Origin: Acidimicrobiia bacterium
GTDB lineage: Bacteria; Actinomycetota; Acidimicrobiia; Spongiisociales; ZC4RG35
NCBI GenBank assembly: GCA_012270885.1
Contig: JAAXHN010000002.1
Span: forward strand, 26,590 to 90,589
DNA length: 64,000 nt
Reading direction: 5' to 3'
In this document: positions 56,797 to 64,000 of the stretch, piece by piece
Layout: the number at the start of each line of letters is the position of its first letter
Position numbering within the stretch: position 1 is the first letter of the stretch
Made by a program: the position numbers and the translations under genes
Notes under the pieces: model-generated
Told to the model about the DNA's origin: nothing
Databases searched by the model: none
What the model saw: only the letters and a program-made list of their open reading frames with translations

Positions 56797-58545
56797 TCAC
56801 CAACTCAACGCGTAGCAAGGGCGTCTGGGGTCTGCCCCGGTACTGAGAACGCCGGACACCGGATCGCGGTGGGTAACAGTGGCGCCCACCCCGCAGACCT
56901 CCGCTCTGATTGTCTTGTGACCCATCTGCTCCAGGGTCTCGGCCGTCCCGCTCGGAATTCCCGCCTCCAGCGACAGGCGGCCGGGATAGTAATCATGCGG
57001 GTAGAAGGAGTCGGGGACGCTGTCGGTGGCGAACCGAGGCGCCTCGATGGCCTCCTGGGGGTTCATGCCGAATATGAACGTGTTCAGCATCAGTTGGAGG
57101 TTGGCCTGGGTCTGGTGGTCTCCACCCGGACAACCGAAGGTCATCTGCGGTACGCCATCCTTGACGGCGATGTAATTGACCAGAGTGGTCCTGGGCCGCT
57201 TGCCAGGCTCGATGACGTTGGGGTGGCCCGCCGACAGGTTGAACACCTCGGAACGTGTGCTCAAGGCGCATCCCAACTCCGGGAAGAAGACCGACTTCTC
57301 GAAAGAGCCGCCACTGGGTGTGGCGCATGCCATGTTTCCGGCCCGATCGATCGCTGCGACATGGGTGGTGCCCCCCGCCTGTCCGGGTTTGCTGCCTGAT
57401 CCCCTTGCCGGGATTCCGTCGGTCACCAGCATCTCCTCCGGGGCCGCTCCACCCCGGGGATTCCCCGGAGGCGGCAACTCGGGGACCGCCCGGCCGGCGT
57501 CGATCATGGCGGCCCGAGCCGCCCCGTACTCCTTGGACAGGAGTTCGACGATCGGCACATCGGTGAAGTCGGGATCACCATAAAAAGTCTGGCGGTCCGC
57601 CATTGAAAGCTTCAGAGCCTCGACGGCGGTGTGGATGTAGGCCGGGGTATTGTGACCCATGGATCCCAGGTCGAAGTGTTCGAGCACGTTCAGCGTCTGG
57701 AGGAGAATGCCAGCCTGCGACCAGGTCTTCTGCCCGCAGATCTCATAGCCTGAGAAGGTGGTGCGGAGAGGCTCTTCGAATTGCGACCGGTAGGCGGCGA
57801 GATCCTCGTATTCAAGGACCCCGCCGACGCTCGTCGATCCATCGGCGATCAGCCTGGCGACTCCTCCGCTGTAGAACTCGTCGATCCCGGCCCGCAGTCC
57901 ATCCGACCGGGAGCCCCGGGACGCCGCCTCCGCGGCCGCCAAGGATCTCAGTGTCTTGGCCAGCCCCGGCTGGCAGAACAGCGACATCTCCTCCGGCAAC
58001 CTGCCCTCGTCATAGAAGACCTCCAAACCGCCGGGGGGGAAGAGGCCGAACTGGCGGATGGTGGGTTCCAGCCCCAGGAAGTTGATCATCTGCCGGTAGT
58101 GGGGGACCCCCTCCTCCGCGTATTGGATAGCCGGAGCGATCACCTCGCCGAGGCTCTTGGTTCCGTACCTGTCGAGCATCGAGATAGTGGCGTGCACGAC
58201 CCCGGGCACGGTGAACGACAGGGGAGCCTCGAGACCGGGGCCGGTGGGGACGTCGTCAAGTCCGCGCGAGCGGTAGAAGTTGATCGTCGCCTTGCCCGGG
58301 GCCACCCCTTGGCCGCTCAGCGACTTGAGATCCCCCGAGCGGGCGTCGTAGAGCATGAAGACGCTTTCGGCGGCCAGGGAACAGGCAGCGGTCGGTTCGA
58401 CCACCACACCTGCGAAGACCCCCGCCGCCACCGCGTCGAAAGCGTTCCCTCCCGACACCATCATGCGCATCCCCGCCATCGACGTCAGGTAGTGGCCGCT
58501 TGAGATTATTCCGCGGGTCCCGGAGATGACCGGACGGCTCGTCAT
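56797..58545 (-). CDS. ggt: gamma-glutamyltransferase
   Basis: 582 aa. Ntn-hydrolase with the autoprocessing Thr in GGTTHVAAID and conserved substrate-binding regions. Confidence 0.9.
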   Translation of the reverse strand: MTSRPVISGTRGIISSGHYLTSMAGMRMMVSGGNAFDAVAAGVFAGVVVEPTAACSLAAESVFMLYDARSGDLKSLSGQGVAPGKATINFYRSRGLDDVPTGPGLEAPLSFTVPGVVHATISMLDRYGTKSLGEVIAPAIQYAEEGVPHYRQMINFLGLEPTIRQFGLFPPGGLEVFYDEGRLPEEMSLFCQPGLAKTLRSLAAAEAASRGSRSDGLRAGIDEFYSGGVARLIADGSTSVGGVLEYEDLAAYRSQFEEPLRTTFSGYEICGQKTWSQAGILLQTLNVLEHFDLGSMGHNTPAYIHTAVEALKLSMADRQTFYGDPDFTDVPIVELLSKEYGAARAAMIDAGRAVPELPPPGNPRGGAAPEEMLVTDGIPARGSGSKPGQAGGTTHVAAIDRAGNMACATPSGGSFEKSVFFPELGCALSTRSEVFNLSAGHPNVIEPGKRPRTTLVNYIAVKDGVPQMTFGCPGGDHQTQANLQLMLNTFIFGMNPQEAIEAPRFATDSVPDSFYPHDYYPGRLSLEAGIPSGTAETLEQMGHKTIRAEVCGVGATVTHRDPVSGVLSTGADPRRPCYALSW

Positions 58546-58815
58546 GGCCGGGAGTTCGACCCGGTGTGCGATGGCTGGCTTGGCTTACGGTTGGACATCT
58601 GCCCGCTTGCTCGGAGGTGTCGGGTCCGCAAGCTTGGGCTGTTTGGTGCACCGGCTTGCGGCTCTCCGTCTCCGAGCATAACTCGCTCAGGCGCAACGGT
58701 CGAGACCCTCGAGCGTGGGGTGCGGACCGCGCCGGTTGCCTCGGTGTACTTCAAGGAGCAACCGGACCGGTCGGAAAATGCCTCTCTCCCGAAGCGAGGT
58801 ACCATCCCTCTCGGC

Positions 58816-59370
58816 ATGGACCGGAAGCTCGCGAACTTCATGGCGGCCGTGGACCTCTTCGACGAGGTTTGCCGGAAGGTGCCGTCCGACGCCTGGGACA
58901 ACGACTCCCCGTGCGAGGGTTGGACGGCGCGTGATGTACTGGCGCATCAGTGCGCGGTGCTGGATGCCTTGGCTTCCATCGCCCGCACGGGGGAGTGGGC
59001 CAGGCCGGGGAAGGGCGCACCTGCAGAGGATCCCCTGGCCCGGTGGGAGGAGACCAGGGGGCCCTTGGTTGCCGCGCTCGGTCAACCGGGCGTGCTGGAA
59101 CGGGAGGACAAGTATTGGTTCGGGAGAATGGACATGGCCACGTTCGTGTCCTACGTTCAATGGGATCCCCTGACCCACGCCTGGGATATCGGGACCGCAA
59201 CCGCTGTGGAGGTGAACCTACCTCCCGAGTTGTGCCGGATCAGCTACGACCTGATCGGTGGGAAAGCCGAGATGTTCCGGAATACTGGCCGTATCGGCCC
59301 CCCGGTCGAGGTCTCCGAAGACGCCTCGATCGTCGACCGTTACCTGGCGCTGGTGGGAAGACAGCCCTGA
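58816..59370 (+). CDS. maleylpyruvate isomerase N-terminal domain (DinB_2/TIGR03086-like, mycothiol-dependent-enzyme family) protein
   Basis: Internal ATG 58816 (MDRKLANF...). WTARDVLAHQ motif typical of the MDMPI_N fold. The upstream ORF-track extension lies over the divergent ggt promoter region. Confidence 0.65.
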   Translation: MDRKLANFMAAVDLFDEVCRKVPSDAWDNDSPCEGWTARDVLAHQCAVLDALASIARTGEWARPGKGAPAEDPLARWEETRGPLVAALGQPGVLEREDKYWFGRMDMATFVSYVQWDPLTHAWDIGTATAVEVNLPPELCRISYDLIGGKAEMFRNTGRIGPPVEVSEDASIVDRYLALVGRQP

Positions 59371-59371
59371 G

Positions 59372-60259
59372 CTAGGCAGCGAGCATCTGGGCGATCAACC
59401 CGCCCAGCACCGCCACCGCGAATACGTACAGGCCGAATGCGGCCAGAATTCCCTTGCCGGCCAGTTTGCTCAGGATCACAAATTCGGGGATGTTGAACCC
59501 GGCGCCGGCGATTGTGAGGGCCACTATGGCGCCTATCCCGATTCCCGCCGACCGGAGGGCGTCGGCGATGGGCACGAATATCTCGGTGTTGACATAAAAA
59601 ACAGTTCCGACCGCGGCTGCGGCGAGAATGGCGCCATCACCGGCCAGCACGGGTATGCGGGCGGCAGTCTCGGCAGGCAGGAAGACGGTGATCGCCAGGC
59701 CGATTCCCACCCCCACGACCAGCAAGGGCAACATGGTGCGGAGCAAAGCCCGGGAGGCTTTCCATGCCGGACGCCACTCGAGACCGATACCCGCCCAAGG
59801 CGCCGAGTGTTCGGCCGAGCCCGCGGCAACGGGAAGCGGCTTCATGAAGCGTTCCAGATTCACCCTTTCCGCCGCCAGTGCCAGACCGAGAGCGGCCCCG
59901 AATGCCACTCCCAGGTAGATGAGGGCAGCTTTCCACCCCACGATGATCAGAAGCGCTCCGAAGAGAATCGGATCGAGCACCGGCGCCGCCACGACGAACG
60001 CCACGTAGCCGGCGGCTGTCACGCCTGCCTGCCGGAGGGCGACCAGAACCGGGATTGCCGAATAGGTGCAGAATGGCGTAATGAACCCCACCGCGATTCC
60101 TCTCAGGGCGGCTTTCAGGGGACTTGCACCCATCAGCGTCTTGAGACGGGTGTTTCCCAGCCGGCGCTGTAGCAGGTGCAGGGCGAAGGAGACCCCGAGG
60201 AACAGGGCTAGCAGTTCCACGAACAGCCATATCGAGTCACTGACTATCGCTCCAGCCAT
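59372..60259 (-). CDS. permease (UPF0718/DUF318 family)
   Basis: 295 aa polytopic membrane protein with the CxxC-less permease pattern of the two-repeat UPF0718 family. Confidence 0.7.
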   Translation of the reverse strand: MAGAIVSDSIWLFVELLALFLGVSFALHLLQRRLGNTRLKTLMGASPLKAALRGIAVGFITPFCTYSAIPVLVALRQAGVTAAGYVAFVVAAPVLDPILFGALLIIVGWKAALIYLGVAFGAALGLALAAERVNLERFMKPLPVAAGSAEHSAPWAGIGLEWRPAWKASRALLRTMLPLLVVGVGIGLAITVFLPAETAARIPVLAGDGAILAAAAVGTVFYVNTEIFVPIADALRSAGIGIGAIVALTIAGAGFNIPEFVILSKLAGKGILAAFGLYVFAVAVLGGLIAQMLAA

Positions 60260-60273
60260 CGTGGCGGCCTATT

Positions 60274-60969
60274 TTACAGTTCCAATTTGGGAGCGGCCGG
60301 GTAGGAGACCGGCTGGATCAGGGTGGGGTCGTTGTTGCTCACCTTGTTGACCCTACGCGACACCTGGTGGGTGGCCCACCCTCCGGTTTGGGGGCGCTCC
60401 AGGAGGTTCTGGGCCGTGGTCGCATCGTCCAGGTCGGGATCCAGCCAGGGCTCCCAGCGGTCCGGAGGCAGGGCCACCGGCATGCGGTGATGGACGGCGG
60501 CGATGGGCCCTTCCGACGGGCCGGTGATTATTGTGCAGGACACCAGCCACTCCCCGTCTACCGGATGGCGCCGCACCCCCCACAGGCCGGCAAAGAGGAG
60601 CGGATCTCCGTCCGCGCGGAAGAACCAGTAGGGAACGTGACCTCTCGAACGAGGAGTCCACTCGTAGAAGCCGTCGGCGGGAATCAGGCAGCGACGCCGG
60701 GTCAGACCGACCCGGAACAGAGACTTTTTACACAGGGTCTCGGACCGTGCGTTGATATGGAAGGTCTTCAGATCCGGCGCCCAATGGGGGATCAGCCCCC
60801 AGCGCATGGTGTCGAGGCGCAGGCTTCCCTTGCGGTGGCGTAATGCGTAGACAGGGTCGGTGGGCGCCACGTTCCAGCTGGGAGGCAGGGGTTCGGGGAC
60901 TGTCTCCTCGGCTTCGAGGTACTCCCCGTAGTAGTCGGGGCCCCGGGCCTGGCCGAACCTGCCACACAT
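60274..60969 (-). CDS. SOS response-associated peptidase (SRAP/YedK/HMCES) abasic-site processing protein
   Basis: Begins MCGRF (catalytic Cys2). Conserved WNVAPT and FYEW regions. Confidence 0.85.
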   Translation of the reverse strand: MCGRFGQARGPDYYGEYLEAEETVPEPLPPSWNVAPTDPVYALRHRKGSLRLDTMRWGLIPHWAPDLKTFHINARSETLCKKSLFRVGLTRRRCLIPADGFYEWTPRSRGHVPYWFFRADGDPLLFAGLWGVRRHPVDGEWLVSCTIITGPSEGPIAAVHHRMPVALPPDRWEPWLDPDLDDATTAQNLLERPQTGGWATHQVSRRVNKVSNNDPTLIQPVSYPAAPKLEL

Positions 60970-61010
60970 CGAAACTAGTGTAAGGGGGCACCCCGAAAGG
61001 AGCCCAGACC

Positions 61011-61418
61011 ATGCCCACCCTGGAAGAGTTCTGCACGATCACCGCCGCTCTCCGACCCCGGATGCTGGGCAAGACTCCCTCAGGCGTCCGGATCGACTTC
61101 GCTTTCGAGGGAAGCGCGGAGAGTCCCCACTGGGAGGGCGCCCGGCCCGTGGCGGGAGTGGACTACGCGACGGTCCGCTCCGACGGGAACCTCGACCTCG
61201 ACATCCGGGGGGTGATCGGGGAGGGGCGCAACACCGTCTCCTACCGGGCGATCGGGGTAAGCATCATGAAGTCCAAGACGGAAGCCGTACCCCAGGAGCT
61301 GTTGACCTTCGAGACCTCCGACGAGGAGTTGTCCTGGCTGAACACCGCGGTCGGGGTGGCGATCGGTCAAGGCAAGGGTCTTGATCTGACCCTCACCGTC
61401 TATTTGGTGAGGAGCTGA
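61011..61418 (+). CDS. hypothetical small beta-rich protein (possibly DUF3237-like)
   Basis: 135 aa. No catalytic motifs. The family assignment is tentative. Confidence 0.55.
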   Translation: MPTLEEFCTITAALRPRMLGKTPSGVRIDFAFEGSAESPHWEGARPVAGVDYATVRSDGNLDLDIRGVIGEGRNTVSYRAIGVSIMKSKTEAVPQELLTFETSDEELSWLNTAVGVAIGQGKGLDLTLTVYLVRS

Positions 61419-61457
61419 GTTCCTACCCGGTAGGGGGTTGAGATCCGGGGTAGCCCT

Positions 61458-62231
61458 CTACACCGAGCGGAAATCGGCTTTTCGCTTCTCCCTGAAAGCC
61501 GCCACACCCTCACCGAAGAGCGCCGATTCGCCCAGGCGACCCTGGCTGGCGGCTTCGGCGGCCAGTCCTTCGGCGAATCCCAGGGACGTGGTCTCATAGA
61601 GAAGCCGTCGGTTGGCGCCGTAGGCGGAGGTGGGTCCCTCACAGAGCCACTCCGCCCACTCCAAGGCTTCGGAGAGGGCCTGGCCGGAGGCCGACACCTT
61701 GCTGCACAGCCCGATCTCAAGTGACTCCCCCGCGGCCACCTTTCTTCCGGACATGACGATCTCGGTAGCTCTTCCCAGTCCCACCATCCGCGGCAGCACC
61801 CAAGCTGTGCCCGAGTCGGGAGTGAGACCCAGGTGGATGAAAGCGCTCATGAAGTAGGACCCGGGATCCATCACTCGCAGATCGCAGCACAGGGCGATGC
61901 CCATTCCCGCTCCGGCGGCCGGCCCGTTGATCGCTGCCAGGGTGGGGATTTCCGACTCCCAGAGGGCGTCGATAAGGGGATGAAAGTGGCTGTGAAGGAT
62001 GGTCTCGAGATCCCCGGCCTCCTCGATTTCCCGGGTGAGTTCCACGAGATCGGCGCCGGCGCAAAACGCCCGGCCCTCACCGGTGATGACCGCCGCCCGT
62101 GCCTCGGTGCCGGCTCGTCGGATCGCATCGGTGAGTTCCCGGGCCATCGACAGGGTGATGGCGTTGTAGCGGGAGGGGCGACGGAGGGTCAATACGGCTA
62201 CTTCGCCTGCCAACTCGTATCCGCACTTCAT
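61458..62231 (-). CDS. enoyl-CoA hydratase/isomerase family protein
   Basis: Crotonase fold with oxyanion-hole segments (GRAFCAGADL, AAINGPAAGAG). Confidence 0.85.
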   Translation of the reverse strand: MKCGYELAGEVAVLTLRRPSRYNAITLSMARELTDAIRRAGTEARAAVITGEGRAFCAGADLVELTREIEEAGDLETILHSHFHPLIDALWESEIPTLAAINGPAAGAGMGIALCCDLRVMDPGSYFMSAFIHLGLTPDSGTAWVLPRMVGLGRATEIVMSGRKVAAGESLEIGLCSKVSASGQALSEALEWAEWLCEGPTSAYGANRRLLYETTSLGFAEGLAAEAASQGRLGESALFGEGVAAFREKRKADFRSV

Positions 62232-62350
62232 GAAGTGAACCTTTCGGTCGGGGTGGTCTTCACGGTAGCAAAGGGCAATCCCGTGGCTTCGGCGCGGTAG
62301 CCTCGCGGTAACCCCGGTCTTTGTCCAGGTTGTCTACGCTCATCCCTTAG

Positions 62351-63589
62351 ATGTCCGCCAGATGCTCGTTCTGCAGTCGGCTTCCCGGCCCCGGCTCGTA
62401 CGTGGTGGCCGGTCCCAAGGGCGTGGGGATCTGTGACGAATGTGCAGCCACGGCCCACACGGTTGCCCAGGAGGCGCTTCGACCTCATGGAATGGACCGG
62501 TTGGTGACCGGGATCGGCCGCTTGATGACCAACGATCCTTCTTGGGGGAATTTCTTCGGCATAATCGAAGAAGCGGCGGTGGCGATCCGCAAGGGCAAGG
62601 TGGCATGGTTAGGAGCGGAAAGCGAGCTTCCCCCTCAACTGGAAGACCTGCCCCGGCTGGATTGCGGGGGCCGGGTGGCGGTGCCGGGTTTCGTGGACGC
62701 CTTCTCTCAGGTGGCCGGCGGAACCGGGCGCCGGGGAACACCCAACGGGGCGACGGAGCCCGAGACGGCGGCCGACTGGGCCGGCCGGTTGCTTGCCGGT
62801 GGGGCGACATGTCTTTCGGTTTCGGTGAGAAGCCAGGGCGATCCCCAGGAGGATCAACGACTCCTTTCCATCGCCGCCATGCTGGGGGAGCAACTCCCCC
62901 TAAAGGTCGTTACAAGCTGGACGGTAGGACCCGAGGCGGGCTTTCCCTCTCCTTATGATCCGGCCGCCCGCAGCATCCTACGCGAGGTCTCCCAGTATGC
63001 CTCCGGACTCTCCGTGACGGTGGGCTCGGGAGGTTTCTCCTCCGCCGATGTGAGAAAGCTGTGCGCTTCCATGGGCAGTCTGCGCAAGCGGGTCCGGCTG
63101 CACGGGCGACCCGGAATCCCCTCCGATCTGGTGCGGTCGGTCCGTCCCCTGGCGGTCCAGGACATGACGGAGTTGGACGAGTCGACCCTGGATGCGTTGC
63201 GTTTGCAGGGAGGAGCGGTGGTGGTGCTGCCGGTGGCCAGTCTCCGGACCCGGCTACCGATTCGCAGCCTGATGGAGTTGGGTATCACGGTGGCGTTGGG
63301 CAGCGACTGCCTGCCCGGCGAGAGGTCCGTAACCTCCATGCCCTTTTTGGCCTGGGCTGCTTCGGAGGCAGGTGGAGTCCCGATCGAGACGGCGCTGTGG
63401 TGCGCCACCTTCGGAGGGGCGCGGGCGCTGGGTGACACGACCAGGGGATGGCTGGGCAGAGGCGCGATCGGGGATATGGTGATCATGGACATCGCCCACT
63501 TCTACGAGTTGGCCTACCATCCCGACCTCCCGATGGTGTGGGAGTTGATCCGGGAGGGAGATCTGACTGCGGTGGGCCAGTCTGGATGA
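62351..63589 (+). CDS. ClpX-type C4 zinc-finger domain fused to an amidohydrolase-fold (HutI/imidazolonepropionase-like) domain with degenerate metal-binding motif
   Basis: N-terminal CSFCSR...YVVAGPKGVGICDECAATAHTV matches the zf-C4_ClpX pattern. Downstream is an amidohydrolase-like region with PGFVDAFSQV in place of PGFID-H-x-H, plus ITVALGSDC and GDMVIMD motifs. Confidence 0.7.
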   Translation: MSARCSFCSRLPGPGSYVVAGPKGVGICDECAATAHTVAQEALRPHGMDRLVTGIGRLMTNDPSWGNFFGIIEEAAVAIRKGKVAWLGAESELPPQLEDLPRLDCGGRVAVPGFVDAFSQVAGGTGRRGTPNGATEPETAADWAGRLLAGGATCLSVSVRSQGDPQEDQRLLSIAAMLGEQLPLKVVTSWTVGPEAGFPSPYDPAARSILREVSQYASGLSVTVGSGGFSSADVRKLCASMGSLRKRVRLHGRPGIPSDLVRSVRPLAVQDMTELDESTLDALRLQGGAVVVLPVASLRTRLPIRSLMELGITVALGSDCLPGERSVTSMPFLAWAASEAGGVPIETALWCATFGGARALGDTTRGWLGRGAIGDMVIMDIAHFYELAYHPDLPMVWELIREGDLTAVGQSG

Positions 63590-64000
63590 GCCCCCCGCCG
63601 TCTGAGACTCTCCCCCTGGCGATATCTCATCGGGGTGGGGCGAGGCTGTGGCCGGAGAACACCATGGAGGCCTTTTCTCGCACTGTGGAGATGGGTTATC
63701 GGTGGATCGAGACCGACCTTCGCATAACGTCGGATGAAACGGTGGTCTGTTTCCACGACCCAACCCTGGAAAGGACATCCGACGGTAGGGGAGAGATTGC
63801 GCACCTGTCCTGGAGTGAAGTGAAGGAAGTTGACGCCGGATACAATCACCAGCCGCGCCGTGACTTCCCTTTTCGGGGACGGGGAATTCGAGTCCCCAGC
63901 TTGGAGGAGGTGGCTCTGTCGTTCCCCGACTTGTCCATGGTGCTGGAACTCAAGGCGGACCACACCGAGGAACCTCTCCTGAAGCTGATCCGTCGACTGA
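63586..64000 (+). CDS. glycerophosphodiester phosphodiesterase (GDPD), N-terminal part; 3' end outside window
   Basis: Frame from ATG 63586 (ATGA overlap with the upstream stop): MSPPPSETLPLAISHRGGARLWPENTMEAF...IETDLRITSDETVVCFHDPTLERTSDG. This is the GDPD HR(G/E)...E(N)T...E.D...T.D...V..HD signature. Not in the ORF track because there is no stop inside the window. Confidence 0.7.
   Translation, partial: MSPPPSETLPLAISHRGGARLWPENTMEAFSRTVEMGYRWIETDLRITSDETVVCFHDPTLERTSDGRGEIAHLSWSEVKEVDAGYNHQPRRDFPFRGRGIRVPSLEEVALSFPDLSMVLELKADHTEEPLLKLIRRL

Noticed and set aside
63514-63963. 149-aa minus-strand ORF at the window end
   Set aside because: It is antisense to the clear GDPD reading frame on the plus strand.
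1-64000. Search for tRNA/rRNA genes, CRISPR repeats, IS elements, integrases
   Set aside because: Intergenic regions are nearly all under 150 nt and I found no T-loop/anticodon-arm-like patterns, direct-repeat arrays, transposase or integrase motifs. This was a manual scan, so a computational tRNAscan/Infernal run would be needed to be definitive.

Overview
This is a high-GC, actinobacterial-type chromosomal core segment. Mycothiol-type and F420/LLM-type enzymes, frequent GTG/TTG starts and tightly overlapping gene junctions support that assignment. I can support about 65 protein-coding genes and found no rRNA, tRNA, CRISPR array, transposase or integrase. The tRNA scan was manual and is not decisive.

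Main blocks, in order:
- murA 3' end, an Nfu-like protein and a MeaB-like GTPase.
- menA and menB.
- serA followed by a DUF1015 protein.
- An M20 peptidase, a HAD hydrolase and a class V aminotransferase.
- A stand-alone glutamate synthase large subunit.
- A dispersed SUF Fe-S assembly system. sufB is separated from sufD-Rieske-sufC by about 4.8 kb of unrelated genes. A second, divergent sufC plus sufU sits on the other strand, next to a truncated CapA-like remnant and fumC.
- A DivIVA-domain protein, lipoproteins, an MFS transporter and an Fpg/Nei glycosylase.
- An ABC-2 exporter, plsC and MTHFS.
- A complete branched-chain amino-acid operon on the minus strand: ilvB-ilvN-ilvC-leuA-(XRE regulator)-leuB. 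It is preceded by what looks like a leaderless Leu/Ile/Val-rich leader peptide and attenuator hairpin.
- A coiled-coil NYN protein, queG, a TlpA-CcdA thiol-disulfide pair and ilvD.
- Aminotransferases, ltaE and fabD-fabH-fabG-acpP.
- ggt, an SOS-response-associated peptidase, an enoyl-CoA hydratase, a ClpX-type zinc-finger fused to a probably inactive amidohydrolase-like domain, and a partial GDPD.

Most long ORFs in the six-frame track that overlap these genes are antisense artefacts of high GC. I found no obvious self-contained novel system. The most interesting items are the ilvB leader/attenuator, the rearranged and duplicated SUF locus, and the ClpX-ZnF pseudo-amidohydrolase fusion.
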